64,000 nt of DNA from a virus, in the IMG/VR virus record IMGVR_UViG_3300045988_131044, positions 19,100-83,099 of that record; one strand, given 5' to 3'. Position numbers and translations under genes: made by a program. The notes under the pieces were generated by a model. It was not told the DNA's origin. It worked only from the letters and a program-made list of their open reading frames with translations, and searched no databases. Shown here piece by piece: positions 1-8,699 of the stretch (position 1 is the first letter of the stretch; each line of letters begins with the position of its first letter).

Positions 1-1215
1 TTCAACATAGGTCAGAATGAAAATATATCATCTTTGTGCAAGATTAGCAATAACTTGTACAATCAGGCGTTATATATTTTCAGAGAAACACTTTCTAAAG
101 AAGATAAGTGGTTATCTTATTTTGAACTTGATACTATCATGAAGAATACTAAGAACTTGGATGGGAATATCAATTACAAATTATTAAAAGCGCAATGTTC
201 TCAACAAGTTCTTCGTATTATTGATAAAAACATTAAAAGTTATTACAAAACGGTCCAAGATTACAAAAAACATCCAACTAAGTATAAGGAAAAACCTGGT
301 CTTCCAAATTACAAAAAGAGAGGTTCTGAGTTCAATTTGTATTACACGAGCCAGAGTTGCAAAATAAAAGATGGGAAAATAATCCTATCAAAAGATATTT
401 CAATACCCATTCCTCAATATGAGAAGTATTCTGATTTGATAAAAGATTTCAAACAGATTAGAATAAAACCATCATCATGTGGATATAAAATAGAAATCAT
501 TTATGAGGTAAAAGATATTGAAGTGTCTAAAGGTATGGAAGAGAAAGTTGCTTCAATCGATTTAGGGATTGATAATCTTGCAACTCTTATCAGTGAGGAT
601 TTTACTGTTCTATTTAGTGGTAAATTTGTTAAATCATACAATAAGCTATTCAATAAGACATTAGCTAAATTAAATAGTATCAAAGATTTACAAAAGATAA
701 AAGGGATAACGAAACGAATAAAGAAATTATATTATGATAGAGAACAGTACATAGAAGATGTCTTTCATAAAATCAGTAGAAAGATAGTTGATTTACTTAT
801 CGATTCCAAGATAACAAAATTAGTTGTAGGCTATAACAAGGGATGGAAACAAAATGTAAATATAGGTAAAAAGAATAACCAAAAGTTTACCCAAATCCCT
901 TTTGCGAGATTAGTTAGTTACTTAGAATACAAATGTGAATTAGCTGGTATTGAAATAGTTATCAATGAAGAATCATATACTTCAAAATGTGATTCTCTTG
1001 CATTTGAGAAGATAGGAAAACATGAAAACTATTTAGGAAAAAGGAGAAAACGAGGATTATTTCAATCCTCTACAGGAAAGCTCATTAATGCCGATGTAAA
1101 TGGAGCATTAAACATTATGAGAAAAGTAGTCGGTGATTCTTGTGAATCAATTCGTAGGATAATCGATAGAGGGTTATTGTTTAACCCGGTAAGGATTACG
1201 AATGTATTTTGTTAA
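1..1215 (+). CDS. TnpB-like RNA-guided endonuclease, zinc-finger-less variant of IS605 OrfB family; 5' end cut by window edge (frame open back to nt 1)
   Basis: RuvC-I SIDLGIDN, RuvC-II INEESYTSK, RuvC-III NADVNGALNI; region where TnpB has CxxC...CxxC has one Cys; paralog of 22425..23615 which has ~15 more N-terminal aa. Confidence 0.8.
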   Translation, partial: FNIGQNENISSLCKISNNLYNQALYIFRETLSKEDKWLSYFELDTIMKNTKNLDGNINYKLLKAQCSQQVLRIIDKNIKSYYKTVQDYKKHPTKYKEKPGLPNYKKRGSEFNLYYTSQSCKIKDGKIILSKDISIPIPQYEKYSDLIKDFKQIRIKPSSCGYKIEIIYEVKDIEVSKGMEEKVASIDLGIDNLATLISEDFTVLFSGKFVKSYNKLFNKTLAKLNSIKDLQKIKGITKRIKKLYYDREQYIEDVFHKISRKIVDLLIDSKITKLVVGYNKGWKQNVNIGKKNNQKFTQIPFARLVSYLEYKCELAGIEIVINEESYTSKCDSLAFEKIGKHENYLGKRRKRGLFQSSTGKLINADVNGALNIMRKVVGDSCESIRRIIDRGLLFNPVRITNVFC

Positions 1216-1281
1216 GAAGGTACATTCCGAAACTTATAAAGAAATGTAATAGATTTTATTGAATTTAATATTTTTCATAAC

Positions 1282-3540
1282 ATGGGTGTCAAATGTCAGA
1301 TAGAAAAGAAGGAAAATGAAATAAAACGGGTTAAGGCTCCTAACGGGGAGCCTTCCGTTCTTTACGAAAGTGCTTTAAAAGTATTAGGAAACAGCGAGCG
1401 GGCTCTTCAGGTATGGGCTAAGGCTTACACTCCTGGTTTTTTGTCGTATTACGGTCATTGGAATAACCCGGCTCCAGGGGAGATGTTTAATACCGATTCC
1501 AATGGTGAACCTCTCTTAGAAGACGTGCTGTCGTATATGAAGCGTCAGACTTATTTTGCTGATCCTTTAACGGCTCAGGACGTTAAGGATGTAAGGGATT
1601 TCCTTTTGTCTACTCATTATTTTTTTAATGCGTCTTCATTGTCTAATGCTATTCTTTTCGATTTTTATGTAGATGGCAGTTTGATACTGAATGAGCAGAA
1701 ATTAAGGAGATCCGGTTTGTATGATGAAACAGAGATAAGTCGTATTTTATCCGATCCTTCTGTTTTAAATGAGGTTTCGACTTCCATGAGAAAGTTAATA
1801 GATTGTTCCATTAACGAACATGATAGGGAAAAGGATAATTATTTTATGTCTGTTGGCTATCAGTATGGTCCTATTGTTTACAAGGAGGGAGTGTTTAACC
1901 AATTTGGTAAAAAAGTACCATATAATCCTTCTGAGCTTTATTGGGCTATGTGCAAAACAGTAGGCGGCATAAAAAACTTTTCTGAATTTTCATCTGCTTT
2001 TGAATCGTTGAGGAACCTGTATCCTGAGCTGGTCGAGAAATTTGTTTCTGATAAAAAATTTGCTGAATCTATGTTTGATGAGTTTTCATCTATGAAAAAA
2101 ATGCCGGTAATAAACATAGAAGGCGATGATGTGGTAGAAGGAAAGAAAAGGTCTTTATCTAAGCTACAAGACCTGTCTTATTATAATCCCGGTAAAATAG
2201 AATTTCTAAGAGCTCGTATATCAGCTTATTTAAATAGGGTTAATGCTGACACCGAATCTGATTTAAGAAGCATGATATGGGATATAGAAGAGGCTTGTAT
2301 GTGGTTTGGCATAGATATAATAGGGGCGTCAGAGACTTATGATGGCACAGAAGAATCTTTGGCTAAGATAGATAATTTGATGCTGGATCTTGATATTTAT
2401 GTGGCCAGGCACAATGATGTGAATTATGCTCCTACGCTGGCATCTTCTATCGATGATGTTCTTGGTGATAGTACAGATTATTATTTTAGATCGTTACCAG
2501 AGAATATGGATAATTTGAATATCGTTTATTCTGAATCAAATATAGACCCAGTAGAAGCATTTGAGAAACATTCATTGCTTAAGGTAGGAGATAATCTATA
2601 TCAAAGGATCAGCAAAGATGATCTTAACGAGATGTATCAAATATCAACAGTGTTAGCCAAGCACAACCTAACTCACTTTCCTGCTAAAATATATCCTGAA
2701 TCTTGTTTTAAGAACGGCGTTTTGGATAAAGAGAAAGTACGGAACGTAGATAATAATACGCTCATGGATTCCATTAAAAAATACGTCAGATCGTTCATGG
2801 ATTCTCAGAACACGGAGGACATGATAATGACCAGGATGGCGTTTGGGCACCCGGCGGTACTTGGTGTTTCTTACGCGGATGTGGATCGGGAATTTAGTCG
2901 GTACATGAACAAAAAACAAGATAGCGAAAACCCATTATCCTTATTCGATTTATACCAATCTTACCTTGACAACAAACTCCATAAAACAAAATTATATGAT
3001 AATGCCTATAAGTATCTTGACTTCAAATCTGGTCCATCTTTGGGTCTTATTTCTGATGATCCTGATATTTTGAAATCAATAGAATTATCTTTATCTGGAA
3101 AAGACAGGTTGATGTTGTTTGATTATAGCATGACCAGCACCGACCCTTTTTTATCAAAATTGTTTTATTTGGATAGGTATGACCCTTCGTATGCCGAGAA
3201 TGATTTTGAACACTATTTTTACACCAGGCACCCGTATCTGTTAAAAGAAAAATCGGGCCCTAATATCGTAGAGCAAGATGGTGTTATAACAGCCGAAGGT
3301 ATTTATGATAATTTTATAAGAGTAGGTAATAAGATATGGTCTAAAGTAAGCGAAAGTAGTTCCGGCTCTATCTACCAAAATCTGACAGGAACCGAATCAG
3401 AGGTGAAATACGATTCTACTCAGAAGGCTAAGACGGTAGAAACCGATTACGCTCCATACCAAAACAGATCTGGCTTGACACAAGACATGACCGTAAGCAA
3501 GCCTGAATTGGATGACCTTAACAAATTAGAATGCAAATAA
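1282..3540 (+). CDS. hypothetical 752-aa protein, probable virion/structural (late module)
   Basis: long uninterrupted ORF, ATG start, followed by hairpin+T-run. Confidence 0.5.
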   Translation: MGVKCQIEKKENEIKRVKAPNGEPSVLYESALKVLGNSERALQVWAKAYTPGFLSYYGHWNNPAPGEMFNTDSNGEPLLEDVLSYMKRQTYFADPLTAQDVKDVRDFLLSTHYFFNASSLSNAILFDFYVDGSLILNEQKLRRSGLYDETEISRILSDPSVLNEVSTSMRKLIDCSINEHDREKDNYFMSVGYQYGPIVYKEGVFNQFGKKVPYNPSELYWAMCKTVGGIKNFSEFSSAFESLRNLYPELVEKFVSDKKFAESMFDEFSSMKKMPVINIEGDDVVEGKKRSLSKLQDLSYYNPGKIEFLRARISAYLNRVNADTESDLRSMIWDIEEACMWFGIDIIGASETYDGTEESLAKIDNLMLDLDIYVARHNDVNYAPTLASSIDDVLGDSTDYYFRSLPENMDNLNIVYSESNIDPVEAFEKHSLLKVGDNLYQRISKDDLNEMYQISTVLAKHNLTHFPAKIYPESCFKNGVLDKEKVRNVDNNTLMDSIKKYVRSFMDSQNTEDMIMTRMAFGHPAVLGVSYADVDREFSRYMNKKQDSENPLSLFDLYQSYLDNKLHKTKLYDNAYKYLDFKSGPSLGLISDDPDILKSIELSLSGKDRLMLFDYSMTSTDPFLSKLFYLDRYDPSYAENDFEHYFYTRHPYLLKEKSGPNIVEQDGVITAEGIYDNFIRVGNKIWSKVSESSSGSIYQNLTGTESEVKYDSTQKAKTVETDYAPYQNRSGLTQDMTVSKPELDDLNKLECK

Positions 3541-3585
3541 TTTTTGTACATATATATATAGTTTTTTCATAGTTATAATTTGGGA

Positions 3586-3614
3586 AGTGAGGCTTGTGAA
3601 AGTCTCACTTTTCT
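3586..3614 (+). terminator. Rho-independent terminator candidate (agtgag-12nt-ctcact + TTTT)
   Basis: 6-bp stem then T-run 46 nt after stop of 1282..3540. Confidence 0.45.
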
Positions 3615-4044
3615 TGTATATGCACGTATATCAATAACATACAAGAAAAGTTAGATTTTCGTTGTTTATGAATTATTTTTATTAAGTTTGCAATATTAGT
3701 TTCAGGAAGGGATTATAGAAAATAGGGAAGGTAAGAACAGAACGTAACTAATAACGGTAGGAAATGAGAATCAGTACCATCAAACGTAATAACAGCATTC
3801 ATCTTATGTATAAAAACATTATGAATGATTTAGGTCAATTAAGAACTGTAGTTTCAAAATCCTATATTTATAATCTGATACGAAATCAAACCGGATTAAG
3901 TATCAGAACTATATCCCATGTCTTGAATCACACGAAAGAACAGGATACAGATTCTTTGTGAAAACCATACATTTTCATACATTTGTGTGTTCTTTAGTTT
4001 TTAGATTTAAGTTTTTCATGGTATTAGTTTAGATTAGTGTAGAT

Positions 4045-4080
4045 CAGGGTTCGCAGTGATGCGGGCCCTGGTTTGTTTTA
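4045..4080 (+). terminator. hairpin (10-bp stem with 2 G-U) followed by gtttgtttt; terminator or 3' end of a small RNA
   Basis: cagggttcgc-agtgat-gcgggccctg then T-rich. Confidence 0.4.
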
Positions 4081-4294
4081 CAGTGCTTTACCCAAAATGG
4101 GAAAGGCAAAAGTTTATGATTATCAGGTTTTCCCCTTAAATGGGGGAAAATTAATTATTGTGTATTATACTTCCGTTTTTGCTGAAAATACTTCTCTTCT
4201 ATAGGAAACAAACACACCTGTATTCCACCCTGCAATCATGATCTTTGTTACGTGCTTCATGCACGTATGTTTAACAATTAAATACTATAAAATT

Positions 4295-5302
4295 ATGGGT
4301 GGTGATAAAATCGTCCTTTTAGATGGAGCCGGGGCTAACGGTGGTGGTGCAGCCACTAACGGTCTTCTTTCAATGATTCCCGGCATGTTTGCTAATTTGA
4401 TAGGTGGTAATAAAATGGATCCGAATCTGGTGGCGGCTTTGATGAACGGTCGTAATAACCAGGACGGTTTCGGTGGGGCTAACGGTTGGTGGCTCTGGAT
4501 AATTGTTTTGTTCTGGCTGTGGGGTGGACGCGGCTTCGGTAACGGTTTTGGAAATGGTGGTGATTGTTGCGCCAATGGTTTACCCGCTCAGTTGAATAAC
4601 GATTACGGTCGTGAGCTTCTGATGCAGGCAATTCAAGGTAATCGTAGCGCTATAGATCAGATCGCTTCTGCTTTGAACTGCTCTACTACTCAACTTCAGA
4701 ACGCTATCTGCAACGTACAGGGTGCTATTGATAAAGTAGCTGGTCAGGTAGGTATGACTTCTCAGGCTGTTATCAACGCAGTTCAACAACAAGGTTGTGA
4801 AATCGGAAATCAAATCAGCTCTTGCTGCTGCAATCTGAGTTCGTTGATCAATCAAAGCACTTGCCAGACTCAGGGAATGATTACTCAGCAAGGTTTTGAT
4901 AACCAGCTTCGCACGTTGGAACAAACCAATATCTTGCAGAACGGTCTCAACCAAGGTCTGGCTAACAATCGTGAGCAAGCTACAAGCCAATTCAATATCT
5001 TGTCTGCGAAACTTGACGCTCAAACCGTTATGATCAACGACAAATTCTGTCAGTTGGAAATGAGGGAGATGCAGAACACTATTGCTCAACTTCGTGAAGA
5101 AAAAGCGGCTTTGACAGCTTCGGCATTATCTCAGCAACAAACCCAGAATATCGTTGGTCAATTACGCCCGACGGCCGTCCCAGCCTACCCCTCTTGTTCT
5201 CCTTACCAGGCTTATTCTTGGGGACAGGTATTCGGAGGAGGTTACTGCAATAACGGATGTGGATGTAACAACGGATGTTGCAATAACAACGCTGCTGTCT
5301 GA
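4295..5302 (+). CDS. Gly-rich N-terminus with W-rich hydrophobic segment, Gln-rich coiled-coil middle, Cys/Asn-rich C-terminus; hypothetical structural/membrane-associated protein
   Basis: ORF 4238..5302; start placed at internal ATG 4295 because first 19 codons look non-protein; alternative start 4238. Confidence 0.45.
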   Translation: MGGDKIVLLDGAGANGGGAATNGLLSMIPGMFANLIGGNKMDPNLVAALMNGRNNQDGFGGANGWWLWIIVLFWLWGGRGFGNGFGNGGDCCANGLPAQLNNDYGRELLMQAIQGNRSAIDQIASALNCSTTQLQNAICNVQGAIDKVAGQVGMTSQAVINAVQQQGCEIGNQISSCCCNLSSLINQSTCQTQGMITQQGFDNQLRTLEQTNILQNGLNQGLANNREQATSQFNILSAKLDAQTVMINDKFCQLEMREMQNTIAQLREEKAALTASALSQQQTQNIVGQLRPTAVPAYPSCSPYQAYSWGQVFGGGYCNNGCGCNNGCCNNNAAV

Positions 5303-5325
5303 TTTTATTAAGAGAGGAGGCTAAT

Positions 5326-5739
5326 ATGGCTTGTGTTTCTAAAATAGGATCGTTGTATGAGATGGTTACGAAGAATGTTATTGTCAGTACGACAAATACA
5401 ATCTTCGGTATTAACCCACGGGCTTGGATCGCCCTTCCGTGTGAGGGTCTTATCCTTCTTAAGATAAGGCAAGTAGTCCCCACAGCCGGAAGTGCTCTAC
5501 CGGTACAGATTGCGGTCCCGGCAAACAGCACAGTTTCAACAGTAGGAGCCGACACCTGTTGCTCGGTTACGGGAGTGAATGTCGTGAACCCTATTAACGT
5601 AGCTGTAACGGGTGCTGCTATGGTAAATGGCACAGAACGCCTTCTGTACTTCAATAAAGTTCGTGGCGTGTTAAGATTAATGGATTGCTGTGTTCCAGTA
5701 GCGGCAGCCCAGGCGTCTGAAGTTAAAGCAGGTAAATGA
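5326..5739 (+). CDS. hypothetical protein (137 aa)
   Basis: ATG preceded by GAGGAGG 8 nt upstream; terminator downstream. Confidence 0.6.
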   Translation: MACVSKIGSLYEMVTKNVIVSTTNTIFGINPRAWIALPCEGLILLKIRQVVPTAGSALPVQIAVPANSTVSTVGADTCCSVTGVNVVNPINVAVTGAAMVNGTERLLYFNKVRGVLRLMDCCVPVAAAQASEVKAGK

Positions 5740-5746
5740 TTTCAGT

Positions 5747-5775
5747 AGGGTGATGGAGATCATCACCCTATTTTC
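5747..5775 (+). terminator. Rho-independent terminator (agggtgat-7nt-atcaccct + TTTT)
   Basis: 8-bp perfect stem 8 nt after stop. Confidence 0.55.
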
Positions 5776-5795
5776 ACCTAAATAATATTTTGATC

Positions 5796-6284
5796 ATGTT
5801 TTCAGATTTGAAGAAAGGGTTTCAGGTACATACCCTTGATACTAATACAGTACCTAAATACGAATTGGGAAAGGTAGTAGCCGTATCCGAACCCAGGTAT
5901 CTTCCTCCTCAGCCGGGTCAGTATCAGGCGATGCAGACCCGCGTGGTGGATCTGACGGTAGAGCTCACTGGCGAAACCAAGACCTATACGGTTCCGGAAT
6001 CCCAGAATGTGGCTAAGGCTATGGGTATAACATTATCTACCAGCATAGATCCGATTATGAACGAACTGAATGCTATAAAAAGCACCAGTCAAGACATAAT
6101 AGACAGCGTAGATACCCATCGTGCCAAGATAGAGGCTTGTGAATCTATATTAGAAGACATCAATCCGGCATTCAAACAAACGAGAGAGCAGGATCGTAAA
6201 ATAGCTGGTATAGAAAATAAGGTGAATGACCTTACTGATTCATTCGAAGATTTAAAGAAGTTAATTGTAGAACGTTTGAAATAA
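5796..6284 (+). CDS. hypothetical coiled-coil protein
   Basis: ORF 5790 begins with TTG; first ATG at 5796. Confidence 0.5.
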   Translation: MFSDLKKGFQVHTLDTNTVPKYELGKVVAVSEPRYLPPQPGQYQAMQTRVVDLTVELTGETKTYTVPESQNVAKAMGITLSTSIDPIMNELNAIKSTSQDIIDSVDTHRAKIEACESILEDINPAFKQTREQDRKIAGIENKVNDLTDSFEDLKKLIVERLK

Positions 6285-6291
6285 GTATAAT

Positions 6292-6669
6292 ATGATAGTA
6301 TATGATTTAAATTCAGGGCACAGAGAATATCCTGGATATGACGAGATAGAAGACAGACGAGGTGGAGGCAGAGGCAGAAGCCGGCGTGCTGATGGAACGT
6401 ACATGGAGTACGGACATGGGTTTCTTCCTCCTTATGATCATTACGGTATGCATGAGAAGATGAAGGAAATGGAAGAACGCGAAAACGAGCTGGAAGAAAG
6501 GGAAAGAAGGCTCGAAGAGCGCGAACGTCGTCATGAAATGGAGGACCGGGAATACCGGAGGATGGGTTACGAATCCTACCCGACCGATTACTATGGAGAC
6601 GACAGATACTACGGTGACGGACCTCAGATGCGTAGAGGTCGCGGACGTGGCAGAGGTCGTTCTTATTGA
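6292..6669 (+). CDS. Arg/Gly-rich (RGG-box-like) highly charged small protein, possible nucleic-acid-binding virion protein
   Basis: RRGGGRGRSRR at N-terminus, RRGRGRGRGRSY at C-terminus, central EERERRLEERERR repeats. Confidence 0.55.
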   Translation: MIVYDLNSGHREYPGYDEIEDRRGGGRGRSRRADGTYMEYGHGFLPPYDHYGMHEKMKEMEERENELEERERRLEERERRHEMEDREYRRMGYESYPTDYYGDDRYYGDGPQMRRGRGRGRGRSY

Positions 6670-6762
6670 GGAGCAGACGCAGAGGATCCAGCTTATCAGA
6701 AATATGTAGATACTTACGGCTACCATTTTTCTAATGCTCTTGCTGATGAGGCGGTAAAGAAG

Positions 6763-7056
6763 ATGGTCAACGTCGATGGATCCAAGAGGATCTGGAAGCA
6801 GCCGGAAATAAAAGATATTTTTGAAAAGTGCGGAGCGAAGAAGCCGGATAAAGCGACATGGGGCGATGTCCAATATGTCTTTGCAATGTACTATTCGGAT
6901 GGTTTTCCGAAGGTCTTCAAATGTGAGAACGAGTTGGTGAAAGCTACGTTAATGTATTTGGATGATCCGGATGCTCCCGAAGGAGTAGCCTTTATAAGAT
7001 GGCTTGCCGTGCAAGATTACCTCGGCGAAAAAATAAACTGGAAGGATCTGACCTGA
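6763..7056 (+). CDS. hypothetical protein (97 aa); same frame as 6292..6669, separated by one TGA
   Basis: ATG ORF; protein-like upstream in-frame sequence back to TGA at 6667. Confidence 0.45.
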   Translation: MVNVDGSKRIWKQPEIKDIFEKCGAKKPDKATWGDVQYVFAMYYSDGFPKVFKCENELVKATLMYLDDPDAPEGVAFIRWLAVQDYLGEKINWKDLT

Positions 7057-7223
7057 GATCCAGGCCCAGGCCCTTCCGGTGGTGCGGGAGCCATAGTGAA
7101 AAATATGATTCCCGCATTCCCGTTTTTCCCGTTTGGAAAAAAAGGAATAAAAAAATGTTATACCGGTCGGCGGGCAATAGAATACCCGTGGCCGGTTTGT
7201 TTCACATAACTTTTTTTTTTGAT

Positions 7224-7400
7224 ATGAATATGGCACACGAATCTAAATCAAATAAAACACCCTTGTATTTAATAGGAGAGTTGATTGGCGTACCGAATAC
7301 GGTTATGGACTCAGCATTGCATGAACTGAGAGATAGAATAGACAAAGACCCTAAATATAAAGATGTTAAAAATTGGCTCGAGTCTTTACCCAAGATCTGA
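7224..7400 (+). CDS. hypothetical small protein (58 aa)
   Basis: ATG after T-run; 5' part of ORF 6999..7400 is GC-rich terminator-like sequence, not coding. Confidence 0.3.
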   Translation: MNMAHESKSNKTPLYLIGELIGVPNTVMDSALHELRDRIDKDPKYKDVKNWLESLPKI

Positions 7401-7422
7401 ACCTATTTTTTTCAATACCAGG

Positions 7423-7453
7423 CCCGATGCGATTTTAACGTATCGGGTTTTTA
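7423..7453 (+). terminator. Rho-independent terminator (cccgat-13nt-atcggg + TTTTT)
   Basis: hairpin + T-run 22 nt after stop. Confidence 0.6.
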
Positions 7454-7502
7454 TTTTAATTCATATTGTTTTATTTTAAATCTAATTAATTCATGAATGT
7501 CG

Positions 7503-7510
7503 TACATTTG
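7503..7510 (+). promoter_or_regulatory. Bacteroidota-type -7 promoter element TACATTTG
   Basis: TAnnTTTG 17 nt upstream of ATG 7528, just after terminator. Confidence 0.35.
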
Positions 7511-7527
7511 TTGAAAAATTATTTTTT

Positions 7528-7755
7528 ATGGAAAATAAGGAAGATTACGTTGGTTACGAAGATCAAGAACTGTGTAACCGGTATTACAAAGAGGCTGAAG
7601 CCATGAGACAAAAGCAGGACTGGTCTCGGCTTAGGGCTGTCCCTGCTCCGGCCAAGGGAACGCCATCGCCCGGCTGGGGACAGCTTGGACGTGGAAATGA
7701 TGTCCGTGTTAAGTACGTTAGCATCAATTCAGGATTAGGAGGGGACCGATTATGA
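7528..7755 (+). CDS. hypothetical small protein
   Basis: first of four ORFs with overlapping stop/start codons. Confidence 0.45.
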   Translation: MENKEDYVGYEDQELCNRYYKEAEAMRQKQDWSRLRAVPAPAKGTPSPGWGQLGRGNDVRVKYVSINSGLGGDRL

Positions 7756-7970
7756 CTGTAGAAGAATTGGCTAATAAAAGATACGGTGGCGAATTTGTTT
7801 TCATGTTTGGTCATCTTGAAGGTATAACAAGATTCGTTTTTGAATGCTTTGATCCCAGACCCGATCACGAAGGTAAAAATACCTATATGGTTTCTTATTT
7901 TGAGAAGGAACTTCGTAGAAGAGATGTGGTAGATGTACCGTATTATATAAATGTTTCAGCGAAAACATGA
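7752..7970 (+). CDS. hypothetical small protein
   Basis: ATGA overlap with neighbours. Confidence 0.45.
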   Translation: MTVEELANKRYGGEFVFMFGHLEGITRFVFECFDPRPDHEGKNTYMVSYFEKELRRRDVVDVPYYINVSAKT

Positions 7971-8170
7971 AAACACTACTTTTAAACGTACCTTCTTTCT
8001 CTGGTAAGATAGTTTCTCCTACCTGGATTAAAGTCGTAAGGGATTTCCAATCTAAATCGAAGGCAGAAAGAGACTCGTATTGTTCGGTTTGTGGATGTAC
8101 GGGAGGGGGTAACTTATGCGATGATGTAAGTAAATATAGGATTTCAGAACAACTAAAATATTACAAATAA
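7967..8170 (+). CDS. hypothetical small Cys-containing protein
   Basis: ATGA overlap with neighbours. Confidence 0.4.
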   Translation: MKTLLLNVPSFSGKIVSPTWIKVVRDFQSKSKAERDSYCSVCGCTGGGNLCDDVSKYRISEQLKYYK

Positions 8171-8439
8171 TGGAATTAAAAGATTTAGTCAGGATAATGA
8201 CAAAAGAAGAGTTCGAATCAGCAATCAACGAAGATATTAAATTCGTTGAAAGATTTAAGCATTTTTTTAAACATGATGATGTTGCGAGGATAATAGAACA
8301 CGTAAAGTCAGTGTTAGAAGCATCAGTGGACTACTGCTATCCGAATCATCCTGAACCTAAAGCAGAACCTGGAGACATGGGAGAGGTTTCTGATGGATAC
8401 CATACTTTCAATATCCGAAATAACATTAAAACAATATAA
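8170..8439 (+). CDS. hypothetical small protein
   Basis: overlapping start; stop TAA immediately precedes the omegaRNA-like block. Confidence 0.45.
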   Translation: MELKDLVRIMTKEEFESAINEDIKFVERFKHFFKHDDVARIIEHVKSVLEASVDYCYPNHPEPKAEPGDMGEVSDGYHTFNIRNNIKTI

Positions 8440-8690
8440 TTCCATTATAAGGTTTTAATGTACCAGAAATGGTCCGGATATTAGCCTAAGCCTTGAAACG
8501 AAGGCTACGTTATTTGAGAATAGATAGTTACCTACGGATGTTTGTCCAAGTCCGTAGCTCTAAGGCAAGCGATTAAACAGAGATTGTATTCGGGTTTCAG
8601 TGTTGCTTGCGAAAAACCTCTTATAACATTGGCGATGGGTACTAACAGGATGAAATATTCCTGACTTATGTTGAATAAACATTAAAAACG
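8425..8690 (+). ncRNA. IscB-associated structured RNA (omegaRNA scaffold / left end of IS200/605-like element)
   Basis: non-coding block directly 5' of iscB with several hairpins; homologous inverted copy at 30640..30960 with compensatory changes. Confidence 0.6.
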
Positions 8691-8699
8691 TTTGTAGAT

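Noticed and set aside
4285-5654. Minus-strand ORFs 4285..4575, 4580..5089, 5079..5654 and plus ORF 501..683(-), 2668..2919(-)
   Set aside because: Antisense to longer, better-supported plus-strand genes; Pro/Gly-rich or low-complexity translations typical of shadow ORFs.
6999-7400. 133-aa ORF as a single gene
   Set aside because: 5' two-thirds covers a GC-rich, repeat-like terminator region (ccaggcccaggccc, ttcccgtttttcccgttt, long imperfect hairpin + T10); only the last 58 codons from ATG 7224 look coding.
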